A stretch of DNA of 64,000 bases from Neoechinorhynchus agilis. Its lineage: Eukaryota; Animalia; Acanthocephala. Within the stretch, counting starts at the first letter, position 1. Each line of letters begins with the position of its first letter. Below, piece after piece: positions 13,360-37,917 of this stretch. A program made the translations under genes and the position numbers. The DNA is taken from positions 15,143,480-15,207,479 of the forward strand of contig CM121342.1 in NCBI GenBank assembly GCA_051530055.1, written 5' to 3'. Below the pieces are notes generated by a model, which saw nothing but the letters and a program-made list of their open reading frames with translations, was not told where the DNA came from and ran no database searches.

Positions 13360-13484
13360 TTTTATGCGTGAAGGCCTGCTATTTAAAAATAAAATCTGAG
13401 TTTGCGCCTAGGATTGCCTTCGCTGTTCTGACTTTTAAATGATATTTGCACCAAAAAAAATTTTAAAATATAAAAACAAAATGC

Positions 13485-13670
13485 ACCCTCGATCCCTTGT
13501 TTAAGTGGGTCAAAGGGTTCAAAATCCACAAACTCCGATGTTTCATAACCAAAGGGACGAAATATCGCTTAATTTAAAGAAACTCAATGATTAGTCCCGA
13601 TTCCTGAGTTTATTGGCTTCCCTAATCGAGATCGGTGGGTTGTGCGCCCACATAAAAGAATTATTAGTCG
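13485..13670 (+). repeat. 5'-truncated SINE-like repeat copy
   Basis: About 170 nt matching the reverse complement of 40969-41170 (tgtttaagt.ggtcaaagggttc...cataaccaaagggacgaaata...ttagtcccgatt...gtggg.tgtg.gcccac). Confidence 0.65.
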
Positions 13671-13949
13671 TGTAAGGAATCTTCACTTCAACACTTAAGA
13701 AAGCGATTGAGGATTGAATTGTTCATGGTTTTTATAGCGGAAAAACTGAAGGAATCTATTAACATTTTAAAAGCAACTTCGATAGAAGTGCAAGATTGTT
13801 CCTCCGAATTATCGCTTTTAATAAACTCCTACCCGAAAAAGTACAATATTTAGGACGACCGTCCCCGCTTTCATCCGTAGCGCAAGAAGAACTGTGACGT
13901 CAGTTGCCGGACTGCTAAATGGTATAATTTCCAATATTGACTGAAATTT

Positions 13950-14459
13950 TTGATGGATACAGGCGAGTTTGAATTAATGGTCACGGGATCGATTGAAACC
14001 GCTGAAGTCATTGGAGCAAATGCCTTGTCGGTATCATTTCGTTTCGTTTACGGTGACCATTGGTCATGCTTATCGCCTGAGAAAATCGCTTCAACGACAC
14101 AAACATCATATCTGAGTCGATCTCAATATGTTCGAAAAATGAGGAAATTCGTTTTCTCGCACCCCATCGAGGTTGCGTTTCGAAGTACTTGTCCGTACAA
14201 TTGGCCAAAGATCTTGATTGAAGTACAAATGAACCATGAGGAAAAGGCTCAAGGCCAAGTTATTGTTCCTGTCGATGATAGGATTGTACAAATTCCTTTG
14301 TTTGGTTCACCGAAGATTAACTTTCTTAAAAAGATTTTAGGACGATTTAGCAATGATTCCGACGTGAAACTTAAAGATTTGAACCGGCATTCACAACGAG
14401 TATCATCCATCGGATTTGTTAGTGTACGCTTAAATATTTTAACCAGAAACTTGATTTGA
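13950..14459 (+). CDS. B9D1: B9-domain ciliary transition-zone protein, single exon
   Basis: FELMVTGSIETA, FRFVYGDHW and FSHPIEVAFRSTCPYNWPKI parallel B9D1 (FLLMVNGQVESA / FVYGQDW / FPIDVTFKSTNPYGWPQI). Confidence 0.8.
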   Translation: MMDTGEFELMVTGSIETAEVIGANALSVSFRFVYGDHWSCLSPEKIASTTQTSYLSRSQYVRKMRKFVFSHPIEVAFRSTCPYNWPKILIEVQMNHEEKAQGQVIVPVDDRIVQIPLFGSPKINFLKKILGRFSNDSDVKLKDLNRHSQRVSSIGFVSVRLNILTRNLI

Positions 14460-15169
14460 GACGGCTGAAAAATATCGGATTTTTTTTGTTCAAGGAAAAC
14501 CATCTCCCAAAGCTTTAGTAAAGTGAATTTGTGATATTATGCCGTATTTCGGCAGTCAAATTACAAGTAAATAACCAGAAAGGTTTTCCAAAAAGATACT
14601 CATCTTCAATCAGTTGGGAGAGAACCGGGTTATATGCTCTCAGCAAAAATCAAATAACGCGTCAACTTCACCACTTTTTAAATTTTTTTTGATGTTTAGA
14701 AGTGATCGATTTATGGATGCCTTTCGACAAGCCATATGAACAAATTTTCTAAAAATTATTCGTTATTTCTGGACTCCTTTTTCACGTGAAATTCAGATAA
14801 ATCAGATGATATTTTCGAACCGCTATTGATTTTCATCTAAATTTAAGTGAAATTACAATCTGGACGGTTAAAGGGTGAAATAACACCGAATACCTTATTA
14901 GAAAACATTGTGAGTAAGCGGAGTAATTTTTTACTTGAATAGGATATGCCACAAAAAATAACGATGAAACAAAACATCAAACCAACTGCTTTTTTTCGCA
15001 TTTTACGATATAGAATATGAAAGTACTAAAAATAGATAGAGAGATAACAGTTAATCTGTTACTTGCCGTGCTTAAGAAAGTATATTGTGAACGAACGTCT
15101 CGACGACGTTGACCATTAGACAAGAAAAATTCGAAATGATTCTGAAAGTCGACTTAAACAAATTACAAG

Positions 15170-17640
15170 CAAATGCTTAGCTTTTGGAGCTTAAATTCGC
15201 GGCGGAAAATCTCTGGTAACCGCTCTTGCGTACTTTGATCCCCCCCGCAAACTCTGAAAACTCTTCTGACCTTATTACTCCCTCCACCCCGCCTCAGCAC
15301 ACGAAATTTCCCCGTTTACCCGTCTGGGCTAAACGTTACCATCAAATCTAAAATTTTATAAAATCATTCAATTCAAATATTCGCATATTCCACCCACCCT
15401 TCCTTGGTCATGTCCTCCATCACCTTAATCATAAAAATCCCTTCAGCAATTTCCAAGAAATTCATTGGGATCTCCAACCGTGACCCACCATGGATAACCT
15501 CGACCTTGAAACTTCTTCAAGGGCAAGCTTCTAAGGACTACCGCAGTAAATTTCCAGATTTTCCCCTTTTACAAAAAGCACTAACTAACAAAATACTTAT
15601 CGCCCGCAAAAACTTCCTTTCTTCTAAAATTCGTTCGAGCATCAATTCAACATGGTGGCGGGCCGTCAAGGACTCTCTTGATCTACGCCACCCGGATCCC
15701 TTCCCTAATTTGACCTTCACTGAATTAGAACAGGTTTTAGATTCCATTAATCAGAACCTCTGTCGTGACTCAATTTACAATCACTGCTTCACATCAGACA
15801 CCACACAATCTTGCACTCCCACATTTGACCTCGAAATTCGTCGCTATATCATCCCCGAACTCATAGACCCGCTTACCCTTATTATAAACCACAGCTTTTT
15901 ATGTGGCATCTACCCCCTCATGCCTGAAAACTGCTAAAATTATCCTTCTTCCAAAAAAAGTACATCCGATTTCCACCGAATCATTCCGTCCAATATCAAT
16001 TCTACCCGCTCTTTCAAAAATCATCGAAAAATGTTTTAAATCTCGCCTTCTTTTACTTCTCAACGACAGGTACACATAATATATTTTTAATAATTCAAAC
16101 AATATGTTTGAAGCACACTCACCACCTGCCGCCAAATTCCAGCTTTTGTCCTTCCTCGACCGTCGCCATCACGCTGGCAGCATTTCCTCGTTGTACTGCC
16201 AGCGAGATATTTTGTCGAAGGAATACGCCTGCTCATGAGTCTCCGGTTGCCTCTATCAATTTCTTCGAGACATCCTGGAGCAGAGAGAGTGCCGAGCTGC
16301 CGAGCGCTCCGCCCTTACAATTCGGTTTGTGGCCCAAATTTTCCGCAACCGATGCCATACTTTGCATTTATGGCACGCTTCTACGTAACATTGACAATAA
16401 TCCGTCCCACGTCACACGTCTCATTCAATTGGATTTATCGAAAGCAGTGGACGCCGTGGATAATTCACTCATTGACCAGGCCTGGTCCGATTTTGGTCTC
16501 AACTTGTGGCAGATCCGCTGGCTCGAATCTTATATTCACAATCGCAAACAATACATTCACTGCCGTTCTATCTCCTATATCAGCCTATCCCTTACCAAAG
16601 GCGTACATCAAGGTGCTGTCAGCACTTCTCTTTAATATTATCCTAAACGACCTCAAACCTCTCTCCTTTCACTCCAAACTCTTATACGTCGACGATATAA
16701 CCCTCATCACCCATTCACCACCCCATCTCTCCCTCTCCTAAACCTTTAACGAAATCACACACATAAAAGATTTTTGCATCAATCACAAACTTCACCTGAA
16801 TTTCTCTAAATGCTTCGAAATGATTCCCTCTCTCTCCCACAACCCCATATCATCCCCTGAGCTTCTAAATGACATCATACGAGTAACCTCCCTAAGAATT
16901 CTTGATCTCCAATTTCAATAAAGCTTTAAATGTGACTCGCACATCACTCCATCCCTCAAGCGCAACGCCTTTAAAATTTATCTTCTCAAACACCTCCGAC
17001 ATTTAGGAATCTCTTCACCCGATCTATCTAAATTTTACTTCTGCTTTATTTTACCCTCCCTCACCTACGGTTATCCCGTCTTTTGCAACCTATCCAAATC
17101 TCAAATCCGTCGTTTTGAAATATTTCATAAAAGAGCATCTATAATTTACACAGCTGACTTTCCCCCTTTTCACCGAATGCCTTGATACTATTTTCATAAA
17201 ACAATCAAAACGCCTATCAACCCTACCACCACATTTTTTCTATATGCCGTCCCCTTTCACAAGAACACAGCACTCGCAATCTCAATTCCTTTCATCATCC
17301 TCTTCCTCGCACCTCCCTTTACTTACGCTCCTTTTTCCATACTGCCCAATCTTCTCGGATATCATAACTTAAAATGAACCTGAGGAAAGGCGAACCTCAC
17401 AAGCACTCTTGCAAACAATAACCACCAATTCCAATCAGACGAACGAGCATATTTTCACCCGAACGAACCTCCCGATTGGGTAGTTCCCACCCAAATAGGC
17501 ACCCTTCCGACCAGATATTACCACTCGAATGAACATCCCTCGACTGGATATTCCCATCCTAACGGATATGCTTTTTTTGAACAACTGTGAACTAGAGTAC
17601 TTATGAGGGCCCAAGGGTACATGGGCCCTTTTCTGTATTT
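15170..17640 (+). mobile_element. Decayed L2/CR1-group LINE (RT), copy 1
   Basis: PPWIT, IILLPK, FRPISILPALSKIIEK, QLDLSKAVD, GVHQGAV, LLYVDD; many frameshifts. Homologous to 55330-57330 through the 3' UTR. Confidence 0.85.
16070..16330 (-). mobile_element. CRE-like 3' fragment inserted antisense into the L2-like RT
   Basis: Minus strand reads LLQDVSKKLIEATGD...FLRQNISLAVQRGNAASVMAT. The host RT resumes at caattcggttt, as in the uninterrupted copy near 56047. Confidence 0.75.
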
Positions 17641-18011
17641 TTTACCGCTAAACGTGCTATTATTGTATACCGATTCGCGATCTTGTCCTTGGTTTCAAAA
17701 CTAAGAACGTTCAATTTCTAAACTCATACTTTGATCACCAAGAAAAAATTAATTGCAATGCATTTTTTGTTCAAACCTTTAAGATTTGTGTACGTGCGAA
17801 AGAGATGAGTTTCCAGCTTTACACTTGTGATTAAGACAATGACTTAACTTTCGTTACAGCGATAGCGAGCCTACAAAAAAAGAAGGTAAAAGTAATCCTA
17901 ATGAGTAATGCTTTTATCAAAAGCGCAGGTACATTTCGTGTAATATACATATATTCTTGTCGACTTTGATTCATCCGTTTTTCATCTTCAAGTGAACACA
18001 CACCCCGAACA

Positions 18012-20295
18012 ATGAACGGAACCCTCCTCCGTCAATGTCTTCGATTTTCATCGTCCCAAAAAATCATTACATACGATATGGTTAATCCATGCGTGAAAAA
18101 CATGAAATTCGAAATCCGAGGACCATTACTGTTGAGAGCACTCGAAATACAAGAGGAACTGAGAAAAGTTGGCTGGTATTTATGATTGAAGTTATCCATC
18201 TCAAAGATTATTTAGGGTCAACCAAAGCCATTTAGCGACGTGATTCGGGCAAATATCGGAGATTGTCATGCTACTGGTCAAAAACCAATTACTTACTTAA
18301 GACAAGTGAGTTCTCGTTCGTTTTCAAGCGTTCTTATCGACAATAATCTCGGTTTAGTTGCTTGCCGCATGCACATATCCAGAACTAATGAACATCGGAC
18401 TTTTACCAATTGATATAAAAGAAAGAGCAAGACGCATATTGGATTCGTGCGATGGAAAAAGCTTAGGTGAGTTTTTAGCATTTTTAGTCAATCGTGGGAT
18501 ATTGTGTGTACATCTAAAATATAGGCGCTTATAGCAATGCAACCGGATTGCAATGCCTTAAAGACGATGCCGCTGAATACATTGAGAAGCGAGATGGTTA
18601 TAAATGCGACCCAAATGAGATTTTGCCCTGTGGAGGTGCTACGGATGCTGTTAGGGTGAGTACTTATTACATTTATGCGTTCAATTTTCCAAATGCTTCC
18701 CTATCTTGGTTTAGAGTGTCTTAAAGGTTGTCACAAACAATAGTCCCGGGCACAAAACTGGAATTATGATTCCAGTACCGCAGTATCCGCTATACTCAGC
18801 TGCAATTGCTGAGAACGGAGCCGAGCAGGTATTGGACAAACGCTATTTCCCGCAAAAACTATCCTCTTGAAAAAAAGGTTCATTATATCCTGGATGAAGA
18901 TAGGGATTGGGGATTGAATGTCGATGATATACAAAAGGCTTACGATGCCGCCAGGGACAAGTGCCAACCTCGAGTGATTGTGATTATTAATCCTGGAAAT
19001 CCCACTGGTAAGCTCTATGATCTTGGTACGTACATTTTATTTTTTATTAGGTCAATTGCTGCACAGGAGTGATATTGAGAATGTTATCAAATTCGCACAC
19101 AAGAATAGAGTCTTAATAATTGCTGATGAAGTGCGTTAGGCATTGATATCATCACTAAAACTACTAATTTCATAGGTCTATCAACAAAACGTTTATGTCG
19201 ATGATCGGAAATTCGTTTCATTCAGGAAGTGCATGATGGATATGGGCGAGCCTTACTCTAATATGGAACTCGTTTCATTACATTCTGCTTCCAAGGGATA
19301 TATGGGAGAGTAAGTATTTAGCAGACGATTTAAATCGAAAAAATTTAGATGATATGCCTTCAAAGTATGATTTTATAAACAGAATTAAAAATTTAGATAA
19401 AAACTTAGCTACTTTCCTACGAATTCTAAATTCTCGAAGTTGGGATTGTTTTCATTCGTTTTATCATGCGCAGTGCTGAAACTTGATACCTTTAAAATTT
19501 TACTAATTCTTGTAGACGCCATTCTGCTCATTATAATCTTCCATTATTGAGAACAAGAAGCCCGTTATCCACCTTATTCCCACGACGCCCTGGTATTTAG
19601 ATGTGGTGCTCGTGGTGGATACTTTGAATGTCTTAATTGGGACAAGCAGGTTTTCGCTGAATTGGTTAAGCTACTTTCGACGCCACTTTGCCCATCGGTA
19701 TGGGGTCAAGCATTAATGGACGGTATTCTTAATCCCCCAAAGAAGGGTGAGCCGTCCTATGAACTCTTCAAAAAGGTATGATTCTAAAATGTTTTTTCCA
19801 TCGAAAACCAATCTTTTAAAAATAACAGGAATCGACTCAAATCATGAAGGACCTTCGTATCAAAGCTGAACTAGTTACGGATTTGCTCAACCAGCGAGAA
19901 GGTATCACGTGCAATCGAGTAATGGGATCGATGTACGCATTCCCAAGACTGCACTTACCACAAAAATTCATGGATAAAGCCAAGGTTCGTTGTAAATATT
20001 ACAAAGCAGACTTGGAAGTATTATCATTGTGCACAGGAAATGGGATTATCGCCTGATGTGCTTTATTGTAAAAAAGTTTTGGAGCATACCGGTGTGTGCA
20101 TACTTCCCGGAGCTGGATTCCTTCAAAAGGAGGGGACTTACCATTTTAGGTAACAGCAAACCGCCTTTTAACCAGTGTTATATCGTATGAACGTTTGTGC
20201 TTAGAACAACAATACTTCCACCCGTCGAGGCAATCAAGTCTTTGTTATCAAGGATAGGTCCATTCCATGACAAGCTTATGGCAAAGTATAAGTGA
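18012..20295 (+). CDS. GPT: Alanine aminotransferase, multi-exon
   Basis: [56 protein letters not shown] (PLP lysine), GSMYAFP, EGTYHFRTTILP; all introns GT-AG. Confidence 0.95.
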
Positions 20296-20677
20296 CCAAT
20301 TTATGTTTCAAAATGATGTATTGCGTTTGAAATAAAACTTTTTCATTGAAACAGGAAAACGCTTTATTTGCGCCAAAAGCAACAATGTAAATTTTTGAAA
20401 TAGAACAAAGTACCTTTCCTATGAAGCAAAATAGTTCCACAAACTCCTGCTAAACGACTACTGGCAATAAAAGTGCTCGAAAATACTCATTAAATACAAT
20501 ACTCAGTTCAATAAAACACAATCAACGTTTTGAACTTCGTCTATAGTTGTCCTCTTTAGATACCAGTTAGATTGCGCCAATGACATTCCGAAATCCTGAA
20601 CAGATTATAGTAAACATTTATTACACAAGATAGTTAAAATATTGTTAGAAATCAAATCAACCTCATCAATACTTTTC

Positions 20678-26031
<5,354 letters not shown>

Positions 26032-26681
26032 TTAGATTACACGCAGCAGATGAAGGAAGGGCAGTTTAGGACGCGATGCTCATAAAATTAACCCTGAAAT
26101 GCAAATACATATAAAGACGATTGAAGGACGTGCATAAATCGAGGAAATGAGGAAAACTTCAGCGATGGTAAAAGAAATATGATTGCTGTCATTAGTATCT
26201 GTATATTCTAAACGAACATGCCGACATCGTTTTCTCGGAAAATCTCAGCATGTCAACAAGTAGTGATCAATGCCATTCAACCTTGTAGCATGAAGATCCT
26301 TATACAGGCATGTCTGCGTGGAATTATGCGAGAAACATATGATTAGAGCGTTCCCAACATTTTTTGGGAATAAATACGACATAAGAACGAAAAATATTTT
26401 GTCTAATAAGGTACGGCATTGCTGAACCCGGACCTGGTATACTTATTCTTTACTCCCTCTCATGCACGTGCTTGAGATTCCTGTTAAGATCTACAAAAAC
26501 ACAACCATCTCTACCAGAGCGTGCCAATTCAATATTCCTTCCACATCTCCAGACATATAAAGATTTCCACTTTCTCCTCTTGTCAAGAAACAAAGCCAAC
26601 GCTCAGCCAATCTTCGCTGAACGATTCCGTAGATGAAACTTCTGCTGTCGTAAAGGGCACTATACATCTCTCCACTACAAC
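26032..26681. promoter_or_regulatory. Putative shared bidirectional promoter of the two collagen genes
   Basis: 650 bp between two divergent ATGs, each followed by a signal peptide. No specific motif was established. Confidence 0.55.
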
Positions 26682-32818
<6,137 letters not shown>

Positions 32819-33544
32819 AATTCAGACCTTTTATCCAATCTAATATATTTGTAATAAATTTGTTCTAAATTTATATTTTGAGTGAAAGGCGGATCAACTC
32901 GAGTTTAAGTTAAATGTAAAACGGCAACTCAAGAAACGGTGTATCATCATTCAATTTATACTAGAAACATTTTTGCAGCTCTTAGTCTCGTAGAACTTAG
33001 CAACTTCATGACTATTTTTGGAGGATATACAAGTCAACCAAGTGTCAAGGGTAGTTCCGCGACGGCAAACTTTAATATGTTCTATAAAAATTGAAAATAA
33101 TCTTCCACTGAATCTCCCGGTAGATAGATGTACAAAAACAAGTTATTTGATATTTCACCGTTGACTAGAACTCTTTGTGATACTAAGGAATAGTTTAATT
33201 TGTCAAATAAACTACTGACTTGGCACCCTAGAAATACGAGAATCTTCAAACAATAACGTTGATTTCATACAACTTCTCTAAAATAGAATGGATTTATAAA
33301 AAATGATAGTTTGAAATAGTTCTAAACCATTCGTATATTTTGCGCAGAATTTTATATTATGAGTGGATAAGTGAGCCAAATACGAAGTCACGACGATCAA
33401 ACTTCAGATTCTGGCGAAAAAACGAGCAAATAAATACAGATGGTAACAAGCAAATGAATATTCAAGTTCTAAATTATTTTTATCTTATGTATAACTAGCC
33501 TGATACATTTTTCTAAGTGTTGAACTGATTATTTTTCTAGGGCA

Positions 33545-35660
33545 CACAGGTCGCCGATCAGAGTCAGGAAGCGATAGAATCACTTTGAAAACAACCTGTC
33601 CCACAAGGCGATCGAATTGTTTTTTGGCGCTTCCCTCTGCGCTTTAGAAAAGAAGGACGGTGGGATTCGTCCCATCGCGATCGGCTCTACACTGAGACGA
33701 CTAGCAGAGAAAGTGATATCTAGGCGAGTATCAGAAGGTATTGCTGAAATTCTTCGTCCAGTTCAACTAGTTTGCTGCACACTTTGTGGGGCGGAAGCCA
33801 TAGTCCATACACTCCGCACATTTGTTATTGAGAACGTCAAACCGTGTGTGATCCTGAAATTAGATTTCCGGAACGTTTTCATTTCCGCTAATCGCGACTC
33901 GCTCTTAAAAGCTGTCAGAGACCACGCACCGGTGGCTTACGGGTATTTTAGAAATTCGTACGGAGCTGCGACCCCTCTTGTATTCAACGATCACATCATT
34001 CCTTCCGAAAGAGGCGTTCAACAGGTAGACCCGTTAGGTCCAATTGGTTTCGCGCTCACAGTGAACGAATTAGTGAATTCTCTTGATGTGGAATTCAATG
34101 TATGGTACCTGGACGATGCTACGCTGGGAGGTGATCCTCAGGTAGTTCTTCGTGACCTACCCTAACCCCAAAAATATACTAGCCCCAATAATTTATAGCC
34201 TAAACACAACCCCCATCCTTAGAACATAATGAAAATGGGCTGCAACAAAATAAGCATCATGTAACACTACATCCAACCTAGAGCTGGCCAATAAACATAA
34301 AAATAAAACTCACAACTAAAGCCACCCTTCTACTAAAAACAACACCGAAGCCGAAAACAGTGGCTGCGAAATTCTATTCTGTAATATAGAGGGACCCTGC
34401 AAAAGACGTAATAAAGCGCGGCTTTGAAATTGTTGCACCCGGGATAGAAATGATCGACGTAGACCGGCTTAAGCTTTTGGGCAGTTGCGTCTTTGATGGG
34501 AATGTCGAACAAAAAATTAACAGCCTTCTAGAGAAATTATCGGTGCTTTGCGATAGGGTCTGTGAGCTTGGATCACACGAGGCTCTGTTCTTGATAAAGG
34601 ATACCCTCTTCATCCCCAAGTTCCTTTATGCTCTACGCACTGCGACGTTTTTCAAGCACAAGGTTCGTCCAGCTGTTAGAAGAGGCATAGCGACAAGCAT
34701 CCTAGCCTGTATCTTCTGGCGGGTTGGGCATCCGGAAAACAGCGGACATATCCCTGCCTGCATTTTTAGGCTCCCATGAAGGAAGCAGAAGCGCAGTTCA
34801 GCGCATTTTGAAATCTACATATCATCTTGATATGCATTTTGAAGAGGGAATCAGTGAGTGGTGTACACTGACCAACTCCGATCAAGTACCTATGAATGGC
34901 CAAAAACAATCTGTGTGGGATCGACCCCTCGTCGTAAGAGTTCAAAGCTCTCTCTTATCAGACTCAAGCGACGACGTTGTCCGTGACGGCAGTCTCCACT
35001 AGAGAATCAGGTGCTTGGTTGAACGCGGTCTCGCTGGCATCTGTGGGTACTCTCATCTCCGGCGAGGCAGTATGGGTCGGAGTTTTAATGAGACTTGGAC
35101 TACCGATGTGTCATCCCCACCGTTGCCGCTGCGGTGCAAATGTGGATTCGTCGGGACGTCATGATCTCATCTGTAGAAAATCAGCCGGTAGATTCGCACG
35201 ACATGCCGAAATTAACATGGTGCTGAGCCGGGCACTTGTAATGCGGTACATGCCCCCAATATTTTGGAACCTGCCAACCTCTGTAGGGACGGTGGACGTA
35301 GACCTCATGGGGTGACCGTATTTCCGTACGCCACTTGTGTCGATACACTCGCAGCCAGCAATTTCAAGTTCTCGGTGGTTCAAACTGGAGATGCAGCGAG
35401 TGCTGCGGTAGGACGGAAAACGGCAAAATACCTCGATTTAGCCCGAACCCATGTGTTTGTGCCTTTTGGGGTTGAGACCTACGGATCTCTTGGTAGCGAG
35501 GCTCTTCAACTCCTGAGGGATCTGAAGCGACGCCTTCAGGTTACGACCGGCGATGCAAGGTTCAAAATATTAGCATCGTCGCGTTGAGAGGCAACACTGC
35601 AAGCATTCGGGCGACAATTGAGGACGGCTAGGCATATAACAGTTTGTTAGCGAGCGCTAA
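33545..35660 (+). mobile_element. CRE-clade non-LTR retrotransposon (RT, zinc knuckle, REL endonuclease), frameshifted
   Basis: FFGASLCALEKKDGGIRPIAIG, KLDFRN, GVQQVDPLGP, WYLDDATL, GAWLNAV, HRCRCGA...H.L.C, DGGRRPHG, FVPFGVETYG. Confidence 0.9.
34161..34358 (-). pseudogene. cox1: NUMT: mitochondrial cox1 fragment inside the CRE element
   Basis: 34288 to 34201 reads GCC AGC TCT AGG TTG GAT GTA GTG TTA CAT GAT GCT TAT TTT GTT GCA GCC CAT TTT CAT TAT GTT CTA AGG ATG GGG = ASS[S][19 protein letters not shown][S]MG, the COX1 haem-ligand segment. Strong GT skew. Confidence 0.92.
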
Positions 35661-35838
35661 AATAAATACATTAAAGAAATTAAGTCATTCGGACGTAATG
35701 GTTTATAGTCATTATCAATAATTTTTGGGAAATGGTCCTAATTGATTTTTGTCACAAATAACAATGCATTCAATAGAAATTGCATGTAAAGTTACCACCT
35801 GCCAAAATCCTTCAAATAAAACAAAAGTAGTTATTTTT

Positions 35839-36639
35839 TCAATCTTTCTTTACTCCGGCCGCCTTTTCGAGTTTTCTTTTACGGTCTTTGTCAATAGGCA
35901 GCCGAATTCCATCTCCTCTTGGGATCGATATCCAGGGTTCATTTCCACGTCCGATGATAAACACATAGTTCAACCGAGTGGCAAAAACGTTTTTAGTGGC
36001 ATCTCGAATATGTACGATCTCAAAAGAACCAGGGTGTTTTTCGCGATTAACGATTATCCCGATTCTGCCAAGATTGTGACCACCAGTAACCATGGCAACA
36101 TGACCGACTTCGAACTTGACGTGATCCTCGATTTGTTTTGAGTCAAGATTATAGCGAATAGTGTCGTTTGCTTTTATTGATGGATCGGGGTACCGAATAG
36201 TTCGTCCATCGTGAGTTACGAGGAACGGCACCCCCTTGGCTCCAGTCTGAACGCGCCTAACTTTGCATAACTTATAGTTTGCTTCTTCAGGACTGATTCG
36301 ATGAATGGCAAATCGACCTTTGACATCATAGACAAGTCGGAAATTCTCTCCTGTTTTAGGGAGTTGAATTACGTCCATAAACCCGGCTGGGAATCGAAGA
36401 TCCGTTCGGACTTTATGGTCTACCTTTACGTCTCGTTGCATACAAATTTTCTTTGCCTCAGTGTACGTTAGAGCATATTTTAGTTTGTTTCGTAGGAATA
36501 ATACGAGTGGGAGACTCTCGCGGAGTTTGTGTGGGCCTTGACTGGGACGGGGAGCAAATACCCCGCCCAGTTTATCCAACATCCAATGGCGAGGAGCAGC
36601 AACGCGTTTCAAATGCTTTCTAGCACCACGATAACCCAT
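35839..36639 (-). CDS. RPS4: 40S ribosomal protein S4 (eS4), intronless CDS
   Basis: [45 protein letters not shown] through to the C-terminus. The ORF-track start at 36675 is upstream of the likely ATG. Confidence 0.97.
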   Translation of the reverse strand: MGYRGARKHLKRVAAPRHWMLDKLGGVFAPRPSQGPHKLRESLPLVLFLRNKLKYALTYTEAKKICMQRDVKVDHKVRTDLRFPAGFMDVIQLPKTGENFRLVYDVKGRFAIHRISPEEANYKLCKVRRVQTGAKGVPFLVTHDGRTIRYPDPSIKANDTIRYNLDSKQIEDHVKFEVGHVAMVTGGHNLGRIGIIVNREKHPGSFEIVHIRDATKNVFATRLNYVFIIGRGNEPWISIPRGDGIRLPIDKDRKRKLEKAAGVKKD

Positions 36640-37204
36640 TAGAAACGCGAACAAGACAGGAGCTGTGTAACGCAAAGTTCTTAGTTGAGACGCGGAAGAA
36701 ATGACAGTTTATTTGCGTCATCAGGAAATGGAAACATATCATAGAAAAAATACAATCATTTAGTTGCTTTGGTCTTATAAATTATAATACATTCAATTTT
36801 TTAGGCAGTTTTTGAATTTGCCCAGGATGGACAATGAGCGAAGGGAGCTCAAGAAGAAGCATGTTTTTATATGGTCAGAAAAAACGTTAAAAGAATTTAT
36901 CCGGTTCAATATTTCGGAATGTTGTTGCTTTGAGCGTATTAAATATTGGAATCAATAAATTCTTTTAACGCTTTTTTCCGCCTTATGAAAACATGAACAA
37001 TTCAATCAAGAAAAAGCCACAAAACACACATCAATGTCGCTAATTTAATTCAGTTAGGCACGCGCTTTAGATGTAAATGGGCGAAAGCTCAAAAATAAAG
37101 ATTTTTTTATCATTACACATTCGAAAAGTATTAATTGTTTTGGCGCAACTTTACTCTTAACCTCTCCTCAATATTAATTGATTTATTGTAAATTTTCTCG
37201 ACCG

Positions 37205-37290
37205 CATGCCGTCTTCGAAAACAATGTCTCAAGAGAACCTACAACGAGGGAATGCTGCTAGTGTGAGAAAAACCACGGCTCCACAAAACA
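37205..37290 (+). mobile_element. Small CRE-like 3' remnant
   Basis: Reads ENLQRGNAASV; DNA similar to the copies at 16150-16200 and 39660-39700. Confidence 0.5.
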
Positions 37291-37917
37291 TTATCTTCCA
37301 AAACTTGTAAATTTTAATAAATTCAATCCTTTGCCAAAAAATTAATAATTTCATTCCACCAAATGTAATCCAAGAAACATTCAAAAATGGTCCATAAAGA
37401 GCCATTGGCGCATTGATTATTATTGTTGCAGTCAGTTTAAACGCTAGTTTTACCTTTAGAACAAAAGTTCGGGGTTTTTCATCAAAATATGTAATCCTTC
37501 TCGTGGTGATCGCGGGATAAAAATACGTTTTATCGAACAAATTTCGTGAGGTAGCCTCAGTAGTCATTGTAAATTAATCTAATCAAGATCAAGGCGATTA
37601 GATCAATTTTCAATAATTACTGCGGCTTCCTCACGAAAAATCAATTGAAAAAACGTGTTTTTATCCGGTGATCACAACATATCGCCAACTCTATCACGGC
37701 GGAGGATTTAAACGGTTGCCAGTGTAATCTTTTAGTTTGGGGCGCGATTACCCGTTTTCACTAAAAAACTTGATTGGTTTGAAGAGACAAAAATATGAAA
37801 TCGATTTGAAGACGACAAATGGAGGTATTTAACTCTTAAACATAGAAACGATAATGATTCTTTGTGTAAATTTAGCCAGCTTTGTATTCCTAAGAAGCTT
37901 ATCAATTTAAGATAGCG

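Noticed and set aside
17389-17405. CTGAGGA followed by an AGG-CGAA-CCT hairpin (hammerhead?)
   Set aside because: No GAAA after the hairpin, and not conserved in the homologous LINE copy near 57130.
26200-26320. p53-type half-sites (AGGCATGTCT, GAACATGCCG) in the collagen spacer
   Set aside because: Isolated degenerate 10-mers that are not paired; expected by chance.
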